This document shows positions 44,934 through 54,435 of a stretch of 64,000 bases of DNA, piece by piece. Source of the stretch: a virus. Its lineage: Duplodnaviria > Caudoviricetes. The notes under the pieces are model-generated. The model had not been told where the DNA came from. It did no database searches and saw nothing but the letters and a program-made list of their open reading frames with translations. Location of the stretch: positions 32,001 through 96,000 of the IMG/VR virus record IMGVR_UViG_2890725172_000001, one strand, 5' to 3'. The position numbers and the translations under genes are program-made. The stretch's first letter is position 1, and the number at the start of each line of letters is the position of its first letter.

Positions 44934-45919
44934 GTGTTTTTGTCCTGATTTGATGCTTTGTCGTAGAGGGTGAGATCCTCGGCTGTGACACCCCATCGAT
45001 CGAGGGCTGCCTGGCTGAAGGGGTCTTCGCGGGAGACCAGCGCCTTGGAGGCCAGCTGCATCAGCGGGGCACGCCGGTAGATGAAGTCCACCCAGGGAAC
45101 GAAGCCGGGCCTGGGGCCTTCCTTCACGTAGGCGTTGATCATGGCTTTGATCTGCGCGGCGGTGAGGGGGTGCTCTCCAGACATCCACGAGCGCAACTTC
45201 TTCACCATGGCGGTGAACACGATTGCGTCGGGGACCTTCAGGGCTTCGCGGCCAGCCGGGGTGAGCAGGAGCTGCTCTTTGAAGTAGAAGACCAGATGCC
45301 CGGCGTCGTTCTGCGGGGCCGGAGTCGGCTCAGGATCTTCACGGAAGGCGTCGGCGGCATCAAGGCCGTCATCGTCGTTCTTCCGCTGTGTTGACGATCG
45401 GCGGGCCTGAGTTCTGGGGGTGGTTCTTGCCGAGTTCTTTTCAGCCGCCGGAGGCGCGCTGAAAAATTGGTTAGAAGGTAGTTGGTTATATGTATTTGGT
45501 TCGGGCGACATTTTGTCCCCCTCATCCCGGACAAATTGTCCCCCCTCTTCCGGACAATTTGTCCTGGGGGGGCGACAATTTGTCTGGACGACATCCTCGC
45601 CCGTCTCCTGATCGAAGATCAGCTTCCACTCCTCCCGGGGGAGGATTCGCCGGGAGACGGAGGGGTACTTGCGGGTGCGCTCTGGCACCTCGTCCTCCGG
45701 GACCGTCTCGATGATGTTGAGTCCTTCGAGCGCCTTGATGGCCCGCTGGACGCTCTTCTCAGACGATCGAGTGTCTCTGGACATCCGATGATTCGACAGG
45801 CAGACGATGCGGTCGTCATGGTTGGCGCTGTCGGCCAGGTCGCGCAGGAGTAGGAGGGTGACGGCGGTCAGGGCCGCAGGCGCGTAGCGGCGCACCTCGG
45901 CTTCGATCTCTCTGGCCAT
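44930..45919 (-). CDS. replication initiator (N-terminal HTH, lambda O-like)
   Basis: LAD.AN......S..RMS.....SEKSVQRAIKALE; upstream of dnaC-dnaB-primase; contains iterons. Confidence 0.75.
   Translation of the reverse strand: MAREIEAEVRRYAPAALTAVTLLLLRDLADSANHDDRIVCLSNHRMSRDTRSSEKSVQRAIKALEGLNIIETVPEDEVPERTRKYPSVSRRILPREEWKLIFDQETGEDVVQTNCRPPRTNCPEEGGQFVRDEGDKMSPEPNTYNQLPSNQFFSAPPAAEKNSARTTPRTQARRSSTQRKNDDDGLDAADAFREDPEPTPAPQNDAGHLVFYFKEQLLLTPAGREALKVPDAIVFTAMVKKLRSWMSGEHPLTAAQIKAMINAYVKEGPRPGFVPWVDFIYRRAPLMQLASKALVSREDPFSQAALDRWGVTAEDLTLYDKASNQDKNT
45507..45584. repeat. four iterons GACAWWTTGTC (putative origin)
   Basis: Copies at 45507, 45530, 45553, 45574; AT-rich tract 45461-45500. Confidence 0.8.
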
Positions 45920-45971
45920 TGAGCTCCGTGATGGGTTGTTGAACTAGTTAAGGAACTGCTAGCGTTCATCG

Positions 45972-46089
45972 CGCATCACCCAAACGCGACAAGTCATCTT
46001 GGCCGCGTCCCCGAGGGTCGGATGCATGCTGGAGATGTGCCCCGGAGATCGTTAACCGTCGTCGCGTTCACTCCGGGGCACATCTTTTT
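45972..46089 (+). ncRNA. candidate antisense (counter-transcribed) RNA in initiator leader
   Basis: TTGTTG-18-TAGCGT promoter with TGn extension, two hairpins, second a perfect 15-bp stem with T-tract. Confidence 0.5.
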
Positions 46090-46096
46090 CCCCAGG

Positions 46097-47215
46097 TCAG
46101 GACGCCAGAAGGTGCTCGGCCTGCTCCTTGGGGACGATCTTCCGCGTCAGCCCACGGCCGGGCTTGCCCTTCCCCGCGAGCTTCACGATCTCACCGAGTT
46201 CATTGACTAGTACGGAAACCTCTCCAGCCTTCGCGCGGGTGCGGCCGACCGGCTTGGGGGGCTCGGTCTCGGCGCTGGCGGATTCGATGGTGAGCTGCTC
46301 CGGCTCCGGCTCCGGCGTCACCTTCTCCCGCCACTCCTGCGCGATGTCGCGGAGGTCCACCACGTCGCGGTAGTGACCGAGCCAGTGGGTCAGCGGGCGC
46401 AGACGAGTCGGCTGGCCATGCGCGGAAGCGTTGGCGATGTCGGTGTGCAGGAAGTGGTCGTGGGCCAGTCGGAGCACTTCTGCCAGCTTGGGGATCTCGT
46501 CGGGTTCCCGCGTGGTGATGACGGCGGCGGGCAGGGCCTGGGCCTCGTCGGCGACCGGCTCGGCGGGCATGTCAGGGAGTGTCTGCTGAACGGCTTTTCC
46601 CGCCGGGTGTCTGTCCATGGCCTCGGCCAGGGCGGCGTCACGAGCCTCTTTGGTGATCTCTTCGGCGACGTTGATCTCCTCTTCGGGAGCGTCCTCCAAG
46701 TCGAAGACCAGCTCGTCGAGGCCGAGGGCGGCCAGTTCCAGGATCGTGATCCCAGCCTCCTGGGCGGCCAGCAGGAGGTCCTCGGTGTTGTCGTCCGGGG
46801 CCTCGTCGTCGGCGCCGAACGCCAGGATCACGTACGGAGTTCTTCCGTAGGTCTCCTGGTCCTCCTGGAGCAGGGCGATGAGGTTGTCGGTCATTCCGGC
46901 CTTGTCGGAGGTGATGCCCTCCTTGGCGCCCGCGATGAGCTGCTTGACCTTGCGGCTCTGGGTGGTGTGATCGGTGACGACGGAGTAGCCGGGGCCCTCG
47001 CTGCCGAGGTCGACGAGCAGATCGGCGGTGTACAGGACGGCCTTGGTGACCCAGTCGTCGGCGGCGGGCAGGTAGACCCAGGCGTCGGCCGGGTTGTCGG
47101 TGTTGACGCGCAGCCAGTCTTCGAGAAGGTCGTTCACCAGGTCGGTGCTGACAGCAGCGCCTCCGGCGACGACGACAGAGATCGGACCGGAGGCGGGCAT
47201 AGCTGAAGAAGACAC
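46097..47215 (-). CDS. acidic hypothetical protein
   Basis: 372-aa ORF, RBS GGAG. Confidence 0.7.
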   Translation of the reverse strand: MSSSAMPASGPISVVVAGGAAVSTDLVNDLLEDWLRVNTDNPADAWVYLPAADDWVTKAVLYTADLLVDLGSEGPGYSVVTDHTTQSRKVKQLIAGAKEGITSDKAGMTDNLIALLQEDQETYGRTPYVILAFGADDEAPDDNTEDLLLAAQEAGITILELAALGLDELVFDLEDAPEEEINVAEEITKEARDAALAEAMDRHPAGKAVQQTLPDMPAEPVADEAQALPAAVITTREPDEIPKLAEVLRLAHDHFLHTDIANASAHGQPTRLRPLTHWLGHYRDVVDLRDIAQEWREKVTPEPEPEQLTIESASAETEPPKPVGRTRAKAGEVSVLVNELGEIVKLAGKGKPGRGLTRKIVPKEQAEHLLAS

Positions 47216-47319
47216 AGTTGCTCCAGGGGAGGATGAGGTCGGTAACTGGTATTTAACCGACCCGAAAGCCTCGCTCCTAGGAGAGGTATCGATACTTGCT
47301 TAACTAGTTGAGGAACTCG

Positions 47320-47586
47320 TCACGGCCGTGAGGTGAGCGAGATGATGAGCGCGCGGATCAGTGTCGCGGCTCCGCCGATCCCCAGGGCCAGCACCACCCA
47401 GTCGAGCGAGGCCCACGCCAGCAGCGCCGCGCTCGCAGAGCACAGGGCTGGCCGGAGCCAGTCGGGGGTCCGGCGGCCGAGCGGCGACATGGCCCACATC
47501 TCGTACATCACGTAGGAACCGAAGACGAGCAGGACCACGTCGGCCAGGACGCCGTACGGGTGCAGGAGTCCCAGGAGATTCGGCAC
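47320..47586 (-). CDS. membrane protein (holin-associated)
   Basis: Three hydrophobic segments. Confidence 0.6.
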   Translation of the reverse strand: MPNLLGLLHPYGVLADVVLLVFGSYVMYEMWAMSPLGRRTPDWLRPALCSASAALLAWASLDWVVLALGIGGAATLIRALIISLTSRP

Positions 47587-47592
47587 GTCAGG

Positions 47593-47901
47593 TTAGTCCT
47601 TGACCAGCGTGTTCTTGACCGCCGTGGAGATGCCGGTGGGCTTGAGGAAGCCGAGATGGACGCCGACACCGGTCAGCGCGACCAGCAGCCAGGTCAGCAG
47701 CGCGGCGGTGAGATCGAAGGACGTGTTGAGGTCGAACGACCCCTTGAGTTCGGTGAGAAAGCCGGTCGCTCCGGACAGCACGGCCAGAACAAAGGCTCGG
47801 AATCCCGCGCCCCAGGACTGTTTGGTGACGAGGCCAGTAAGGATGGGAAGAACGGTTCCAATGGCAATCGCCAAAGCCATTGAGGCGTGAAGGGTAACCA
47901 C
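47593..47901 (-). CDS. holin-like protein
   Basis: Three TM segments, VLPILTGLVTK...H.G.LKPTG motif. Confidence 0.7.
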   Translation of the reverse strand: MVTLHASMALAIAIGTVLPILTGLVTKQSWGAGFRAFVLAVLSGATGFLTELKGSFDLNTSFDLTAALLTWLLVALTGVGVHLGFLKPTGISTAVKNTLVKD

Positions 47902-47921
47902 AACGAGACTCCTATACGGGG

Positions 47922-50534
47922 CTATACATCGATATGAGGAATTGTGAAGAACTCGGCTTCTTCGATGCCGATACCTGTCGGCCGCTGGTCTTCCAGGGCC
48001 TCTTTCAAAATATAGGCGCGGCGTAGCCGGTCGTTGTAATAGAAGATGCCGCCGGTGGCGTCGGAGAAACCATTCCGGTAGCCGATGTCGGGGCCAGGTC
48101 CGTCCGGCCAGAAATACGGGTTGAGGTTGATACCAGATTCGACCAGCATTCCCGCGACGTCGAACGATTCATCGGCGACCTGATCGGGTGCGACCGGCGT
48201 GAGAACAAGGACCGCAGTTCCTGTTTCCGGCGCCGCGAATTTCACGTGGATCCGGCGCCAGCCTTCGTCGAGGTCCTCGACCTGGACGGCGTCCGACCAC
48301 GCGGATTCCTGCGAGATCGGGACTCCGGAGACGCTGGTGTAGGCGGCCAGGAGGATGTCGGTGATCGTGCCGGACGGCTTGAGATACATGCTGGCCGTGT
48401 ACATGGTGCCGGGGATCAGCCAGTCCAGCGCTGTGCTGATCGTCAGCGTGTTCCCGGCCAGCACCTCGACATTGAGGCCGCCGGTCGTGTCACCGTCCAG
48501 CGGGCTGGTGATCGGTGTTCCGGCGTAGTCGGCCGCCGGGTCGGCCGCGACCGTGACGGCGTGTGGGTGGACGTTGAGCCGGTCGGGGTAGACCAGAGGG
48601 CGCAAAGACGCGCCGTTGCTGAACGCACTCGGCCCGGAAGGGCCGGAGATCTCCAGCTGCACATAAGTGAACTCCTGCCAGTCCCCGGCGGCGACGCCGG
48701 AGAACTGAATGCCCGGAATGGCGAACGCCGCCCTTCCCCATTGTTTGTTTCCCTGCGGCGCGGCGAACTCTCCGTACACGCGCGTCCATTCAGCGCCGGT
48801 CGCGCCAGAGTTGATGCCTCCGTTGCTGCCGGAGGTGATAGACCTCAGCGGGTCGGTCTCGGTCGTCGCGAAGATCGCGAAGTCGGCGAAGGACCCGGCG
48901 GGGATGAGCTGCACCACGTCCAGCGTGCCGGTGAAGCTCATTTCCCCACGGGATGAGGTCTGACCGGCGATCGAGGATTCCAGCGTTCCGCCGAAACCGA
49001 TGTCGCCCGACATTTCCATGTCTGGCGGGAGGCTCATCTCCAGGGTGCCAGTGAAGCCGACACCGCCGATGATGGTCTCGCTCATGATCGCGATGTCGGT
49101 CTCGACCGTGCCGGAGAAGCCGATGCCGCCGCTCATCTCGACCGGAAGCAGGGCGGCCAGCTCGATCGTGCCAGAGAAGGACGCTCCGGCCTCGGCCGAG
49201 ACAGGACCGTAGGGCCAGACGTCCAGCGCTCCGCTGAAGGAGGTGTGGCCGGTGGAACTGGTCGAGCTCAGGAAGCTGATCAGGCTGCCGTTGAACCCGA
49301 TCCCGCCGGAGGCGACCAGGTAGGTCTCCAGGCGGGTTTCCAGGGTGCCGGTGAATCCGGTCTGGCCGGTCGACTGCAACGGCGAGGTCGAGATGGTGAA
49401 GGCGCTGTTGGCCGCGCCGCGCCAGGTGTAGCCGGGAGTGGAGCCGTCGAGATAGTCAGTTTCAGTGGCGCTGGTGAGGCGGATGTAGTCGATCGTGGCC
49501 GACACCGCGTGGCTGGCGCTGGTGAATCCGGTCTGCGTGAGGATCTGAAGAGCGACACGGGCGTAGACGACATTGGCCGGGACGGTGACCGCGCCGCCGG
49601 AACGCCCTCCGGCCGTGGGCATGGTGATGGAAGACGAGCTGCCCAGATTCACCATGTTGCCGTCGAACCAGGCGATCAGCAGCCGGATAGCGTCGCCGGT
49701 ACCCAGCCCGGACACGCTGCTGACGGTCGCCGACAGGTAGGCCGTGCTGCCGGACATCTGGCCGACAAGCAACGTCTGGGACAGGCCGACGTCGCGGTAG
49801 GTGCTGCTGTTGGTCCGGGAGATGTTGCCCGACACACTGCGAGCGCCTGGTCCCGAGGTAACCGTCATGCCGCCGGAGGTCTGGCCGGAGGCCTCCCAGT
49901 AGGGCACCCATGCCGTTGTCAGGGAGCCGGTGGTGCGCGGCTGACGCCACCAGTTGGCGATGACGGAGTCGGACTCGTCTATCGTGGTGGACCGCAGTTC
50001 GGTGCCCGACCAGCCATAGCCGTAGGAGGTGCCGTCCAGCGCCGTAGTGGAGTTCTGCGTGCTGACGCGGATCCGGTCGATGGAGAAGGTCACCGACCGG
50101 CTGGACGCGGCGTTCATCGACGCGAAGACGAAGAACTTGATGAACGCGGTCCCGGCGGGAGGTGCCCCGGTCCTGGTCCGGCGTCCGCTGCTGCTCACGG
50201 AGATCGCGCCGTGGCTGCTGATGAGTTCGGCGTCGGCGTCAAAGAAGTTGATGCCCCACCAGTATTCGACGCCGCCGCTGGTGCTGCCGATGGTGTGGTC
50301 GAAGCTGATGTACAGCGGGACGCCGGTCGGGACGGGGATCAGGCCCGGACCGGGTTCGGGGCCACCGTTGAAACCGGCCGACTGGTAGCTGCCTGTGGAC
50401 GTGAACGTCGCCGTACACGACAATGCCGAGCTGCCGTAGGTCAGGGAAGGGAACGGCGCGCTGTTGCGCTCGGTGCTCCAGACAGCGTCACCCAGGCCGG
50501 GCCGTGGGAACGGACAGAGGTTGTAGGTAGCCAT
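47922..50534 (-). CDS. tail fibre / receptor-binding protein
   Basis: Beta-rich repeated CBM-like domains; G/FxG repeats; tail module context. Confidence 0.65.
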   Translation of the reverse strand: MATYNLCPFPRPGLGDAVWSTERNSAPFPSLTYGSSALSCTATFTSTGSYQSAGFNGGPEPGPGLIPVPTGVPLYISFDHTIGSTSGGVEYWWGINFFDADAELISSHGAISVSSSGRRTRTGAPPAGTAFIKFFVFASMNAASSRSVTFSIDRIRVSTQNSTTALDGTSYGYGWSGTELRSTTIDESDSVIANWWRQPRTTGSLTTAWVPYWEASGQTSGGMTVTSGPGARSVSGNISRTNSSTYRDVGLSQTLLVGQMSGSTAYLSATVSSVSGLGTGDAIRLLIAWFDGNMVNLGSSSSITMPTAGGRSGGAVTVPANVVYARVALQILTQTGFTSASHAVSATIDYIRLTSATETDYLDGSTPGYTWRGAANSAFTISTSPLQSTGQTGFTGTLETRLETYLVASGGIGFNGSLISFLSSTSSTGHTSFSGALDVWPYGPVSAEAGASFSGTIELAALLPVEMSGGIGFSGTVETDIAIMSETIIGGVGFTGTLEMSLPPDMEMSGDIGFGGTLESSIAGQTSSRGEMSFTGTLDVVQLIPAGSFADFAIFATTETDPLRSITSGSNGGINSGATGAEWTRVYGEFAAPQGNKQWGRAAFAIPGIQFSGVAAGDWQEFTYVQLEISGPSGPSAFSNGASLRPLVYPDRLNVHPHAVTVAADPAADYAGTPITSPLDGDTTGGLNVEVLAGNTLTISTALDWLIPGTMYTASMYLKPSGTITDILLAAYTSVSGVPISQESAWSDAVQVEDLDEGWRRIHVKFAAPETGTAVLVLTPVAPDQVADESFDVAGMLVESGINLNPYFWPDGPGPDIGYRNGFSDATGGIFYYNDRLRRAYILKEALEDQRPTGIGIEEAEFFTIPHIDV

Positions 50535-50537
50535 GTG

Positions 50538-52529
50538 TTATGCCTCCACGGCGAGGCCGAAATTAGTCGCCGAGCTGTTGAAAGAGCTGGTTGCGGTTCC
50601 GACCTGCGTGCCGTTGCGCAGGATCGTGTAGTTGTTACCGGTCACGGTCACGGTCAGCCGGTCGCCGTCGCCGATAGGTGTGCCATAGGTGACCAGGTCG
50701 GTGACGGTCGCGCCGGAGACGGTCTGGAGCTTGGTACGGGTCGCCCGGACGTAGCTGGTCGAGGACGACTGCCGCAGGATGATCGCCTGCTGCTTGCCGC
50801 CGTCCGGGACGGCCACGAACGTGCTGGCGACGGTGGCGTTGGCGGAGCCGTAGTTGATCACGCTCATGGAGCGGGTGTCGCCTGCGTTGGGCTTGACCAC
50901 GCCGTACTGGTAGGAGTCGCGGACCAGGGAGCCGACCGGTGAGCTCCAGGTCTTGGCGCCGTATTCGGTGGTGCGGCTGGTGATCGCGGAGGTCGCCGAG
51001 CCGGAGTAGGTGGTGAAGGTGTCCAGGACGCGGGTGTCTGTGGGGTTGCCGAATTCGCGTCCGATCAAAACACCGCGATCGTCGTACCAGTCGATGAACA
51101 CCGTGGCGGCGTCGACCGGCTTACCGCTGTTGGTGTGCGGCTGGTGGGTGTAGGCCGACAGGGTGACCTTGATCCGGTTGTCGGTGCCGACGACCTGCCA
51201 GCGGTCGCTGTTGTCCCGGGGGTTGACGCCGAGTTTGGATGGCCGGATCGCGTGGTAGCACCTGCCCTGGAAGGACACCAGGTCACCGGCGTCGTAGCGC
51301 CGGGTAGGACTCCAGTCGTACAGGACCGGCAGCGGGACACCATTCTGAATCGCCGCCAGGGGGTCGGTGGTCGCGACCGCCGGGTTGGTCGGCACGCAGC
51401 GCGCCGCGACGGTGATCGCGCTGGAGTGGTTGTTGTGCAGGATGACGCCGTTGGTGCTGTGCAGCGAGTCCAGCGGGCGCGGCGCACCCAAGATCATCTT
51501 GGTGAGGACCTTGTCGTTACCGACGCCGCCGGTCAGGGACAGCGGATGCCAGGTGTGCTGCGCCTGGGCGGCCGAGTCCCACGCCACGGTGCGGTCGTCG
51601 ACCGCGAGCAGCGCCTGCCACCAGGTGTTGGAGACGCGCTCACCTTCGGGACACTGCTCATAACCCAGTGCGGCGGTGACGCAGACGTAGGCCGCGTCGA
51701 AGAACGTGACGCGGCTGCCGACCGGGTAGTAGACCGCCGGGTCCCACTCCAGCGGCTTGGGATTGATCATCGCCGCGCGGTCGGTGCTCAGCATCCGGTT
51801 GCGTGTCGGACGGAGCACGACGTCCCAGCCGGAGATGATTCGACCGGCCGCCTGCGCGGTCTCCGTCGCCCCTCGCTCGGCCAGCAGCGGCGTCGCGTTG
51901 GCGGTCAAGCTGCGCTGGCGGATGCCGGGCAGGCCGCCGTAGCGGGGGAGGCCGAGCTGGTCGGCGATCAGCTCCACGATGCCGATGTGGCTGTAGTAGA
52001 CGTCGGCCCGGTAGGTGGCGGCCTCGGTCGCGGTACGGATCCGGTCCACACCCCAGCCGATGACGGCCATATACCTGGCCAGGTCATAGTTGTAGTCAGC
52101 CTCAAGCGTCAGCTGGTTGCTGCGCAGCATCTGGTAGTGGATCGGCAGACGGTCCCACAGCCAGCGGTCGCTGTGCTTGTTGCGGATGTGCAGTGCGCTG
52201 CATGTCGAGGCCAGCAGCCAGACGCCGTTGATCCGCAGGAAGATGCTGTAGTAGACGAACCTGGCCGCGCCCAGATCGGTGTCGTCGTATCCGGTGTCGG
52301 CCACGTCGGAGTCGATCAGGATCTGACCGTCGTTCTCGTTGGCCGGGAATCCGAAGATGCCCTTGACCAGACGGAACCTGTCGAACTCCCCGGTCGGGGA
52401 GTTCCACGTGACGTGCATCGTCTGGTAGTCGACCGAGTACGCCTTGAACGACGTGACATCAAATGTCGGCAGATCCGGCTCAGGGCCGTAGAACCGTTCA
52501 CCATATCGGTGGACTACATAGATGGCCAT
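50538..52529 (-). CDS. baseplate wedge/tail protein with carbohydrate-binding repeats
   Basis: FN3-like N-terminus, L...LP.HY, W.P...Y..G..V....Y repeats. Confidence 0.65.
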   Translation of the reverse strand: MAIYVVHRYGERFYGPEPDLPTFDVTSFKAYSVDYQTMHVTWNSPTGEFDRFRLVKGIFGFPANENDGQILIDSDVADTGYDDTDLGAARFVYYSIFLRINGVWLLASTCSALHIRNKHSDRWLWDRLPIHYQMLRSNQLTLEADYNYDLARYMAVIGWGVDRIRTATEAATYRADVYYSHIGIVELIADQLGLPRYGGLPGIRQRSLTANATPLLAERGATETAQAAGRIISGWDVVLRPTRNRMLSTDRAAMINPKPLEWDPAVYYPVGSRVTFFDAAYVCVTAALGYEQCPEGERVSNTWWQALLAVDDRTVAWDSAAQAQHTWHPLSLTGGVGNDKVLTKMILGAPRPLDSLHSTNGVILHNNHSSAITVAARCVPTNPAVATTDPLAAIQNGVPLPVLYDWSPTRRYDAGDLVSFQGRCYHAIRPSKLGVNPRDNSDRWQVVGTDNRIKVTLSAYTHQPHTNSGKPVDAATVFIDWYDDRGVLIGREFGNPTDTRVLDTFTTYSGSATSAITSRTTEYGAKTWSSPVGSLVRDSYQYGVVKPNAGDTRSMSVINYGSANATVASTFVAVPDGGKQQAIILRQSSSTSYVRATRTKLQTVSGATVTDLVTYGTPIGDGDRLTVTVTGNNYTILRNGTQVGTATSSFNSSATNFGLAVEA

Positions 52530-53533
52530 TCGAATCCTGTAATTACGCTGCGAGCATCGTCTTGCCAGTCGCGCTCTTCATGGTCGGGACGCAACTGCAT
52601 CCACAGCTCCTGCCGGAATTCGGCGGCCTCATCAAAGGTCTCAAATTCCGGATAAGGGTTGTCGGTGAAGAACCGGCTGGTGTTGTCGATGATGCAAATG
52701 TCGAGAGGGGAAAACGCCTGCCTGCCGGTCCGCGTCAGATAGCCGACGATGCCTCCCCGGGGCAGGCAGTAGGGCTTGTACCGGCGGCGCGGGTTCGGCC
52801 GTGGCTCCGGATCTGGGCAGCTGGTCCCGGGCCCTCCCGGATCGTCATCCGGGATTTGCTCAAAAGGGACCGAACCACCTTCCCCCGTGTATGGCGCACT
52901 GCGGACCCAGTGGGCTCGCAGATAGGCGTGCAGCGCCAGCTGACGGCTGGCCCCGGTCATGTTGGTGCGGACACCGATGGAGATCGTGGTTCCGGACGGA
53001 TAGGTGTCCGACCAGGTGATGTGGTTGTGCAACGTCGCCCGGTTGGCGGTCGATTCCACGACCGAGTCGCGGACGCCGATGTCGTTTCCGTTGATCTCCA
53101 GCCGGAGCATGCGTGTCGCTTCCCGGCTGGTGGTCTCGGTGTAGGCAGCCCAGTCAGCCTTGATGCTGAAAGACCAGTAGCCGCTTTCGTTCAAGGTGAG
53201 TCCCGAGCCGGTATACATACCGAACGGATCGTCGTCGGCGCGCAGGCTCGGCCGGAACCAGCCGTTCGGGGTGATCTTGTACTCGCGGATTGAGCCGCGA
53301 AAATACGGGACATGTTCACCGCGCGCCACGCTCTGAATACGGGCGGCCACGGTACCGTGATCAGGAGTGCGATTCCCCGGGTTGTTCGTCGCCCGCTGAG
53401 GAATGACTCCAAGCGTCCGCTGAGTGCCTTCGATTTCCTCCTGGACGCGATTCATGTGATCGGCCCAGACAATGTCGAGATAATTGCGCTTGGTGGACCA
53501 TGTAGGAATCGCGGCGGGATAAGACGCGACCAT
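52514..53533 (-). CDS. minor tail protein
   Basis: Paralog of 53545-54435. Confidence 0.65.
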   Translation of the reverse strand: MVASYPAAIPTWSTKRNYLDIVWADHMNRVQEEIEGTQRTLGVIPQRATNNPGNRTPDHGTVAARIQSVARGEHVPYFRGSIREYKITPNGWFRPSLRADDDPFGMYTGSGLTLNESGYWSFSIKADWAAYTETTSREATRMLRLEINGNDIGVRDSVVESTANRATLHNHITWSDTYPSGTTISIGVRTNMTGASRQLALHAYLRAHWVRSAPYTGEGGSVPFEQIPDDDPGGPGTSCPDPEPRPNPRRRYKPYCLPRGGIVGYLTRTGRQAFSPLDICIIDNTSRFFTDNPYPEFETFDEAAEFRQELWMQLRPDHEERDWQDDARSVITGFEWPSM

Positions 53534-53544
53534 TAACTATATAC

Positions 53545-54435
53545 CTATCGATTCCAGGGCCAAGCACTCGGATCAACGTCAGACGGCCAGTTGTACGGGT
53601 TGTGGTTGGTGCTGGTGACGTGACCGCCTTCGTCATAGGTGACGATGCCCAGGCCGACGCCGTCACCTGAGGAGACGGGCCTGCTGGGTGGACGGTCCGG
53701 TGGTCGTGGTTCCGGCCGTGGGCCGGGAGGAGGCTCTTCCGGCGGCGGCGGCTCGGGCTCGAATTCCGGTGTGGGAATACCAGGCCCGCCACGGTCCAGG
53801 CAGCGCACCAGGTGGGCCCGCAAGTAGACGTGGGCGACCGCGTCCGGCGCCGGGGTGTTGGGGTTGACGACGGTCAGCGCGACCGAGATGGTCGTCCCCT
53901 TCTCCAGCGTCTCTTGCCAGGTGACCATCGTGGTCATGTCGTCGATGATGTCGACGCTCTGGGTGATGACGTCGCGGATACCGCAGTCCTCACCGTCGAT
54001 CTCCAGGGAGATCATCCGGATGATCGGCTTGTCGGTCACCGACTCGACCGGCAGCCAGTCGGCCTTGGCGGTGAAGACCCAGAAGCCGGTCTGAGGGATC
54101 CGGTAGCCCGTGGTGATCGCACCGTTGTGGGTGTCTTCGCTGGCGGTCAGCGTCGGCCGGAAGTACTCATTGGCCTCGATCTGTGCGACCTCGTGGATGC
54201 CCCGGTAGGCGATCATCGGCTGCGCGCGGGCCATCTGGCTGATGCGGTTGGCGACCGTGGTGTAGTTCGGCGTGCGCTCGGCGGGATCGTTGGTGGCGAT
54301 CTGAGGACGGATCCCAATCGTCCGCTGGGTGGCCGAGATTTCGTCCTGGCTCTGGTTGAAGTGCAGAGCGAAGATCGGGTCGATCCAGTCCCTCTTGGTC
54401 GCCCAGGGACGCAGGGAATTGGGGTAGGAGGCCAT
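53545..54435 (-). CDS. minor tail protein
   Basis: ASYP...W.TKR...H.N..Q.EI...QRT.G N-terminus. Confidence 0.65.
   Translation of the reverse strand: MASYPNSLRPWATKRDWIDPIFALHFNQSQDEISATQRTIGIRPQIATNDPAERTPNYTTVANRISQMARAQPMIAYRGIHEVAQIEANEYFRPTLTASEDTHNGAITTGYRIPQTGFWVFTAKADWLPVESVTDKPIIRMISLEIDGEDCGIRDVITQSVDIIDDMTTMVTWQETLEKGTTISVALTVVNPNTPAPDAVAHVYLRAHLVRCLDRGGPGIPTPEFEPEPPPPEEPPPGPRPEPRPPDRPPSRPVSSGDGVGLGIVTYDEGGHVTSTNHNPYNWPSDVDPSAWPWNR

Noticed and set aside
49245-52655. Long + strand ORFs (565 and 506 aa) opposite tail genes
   Set aside because: Antisense shadows of well-supported structural genes
47922-54435. Diversity-generating retroelement acting on tail fibres
   Set aside because: No reverse transcriptase and no TR/VR repeat pair noticed in the window
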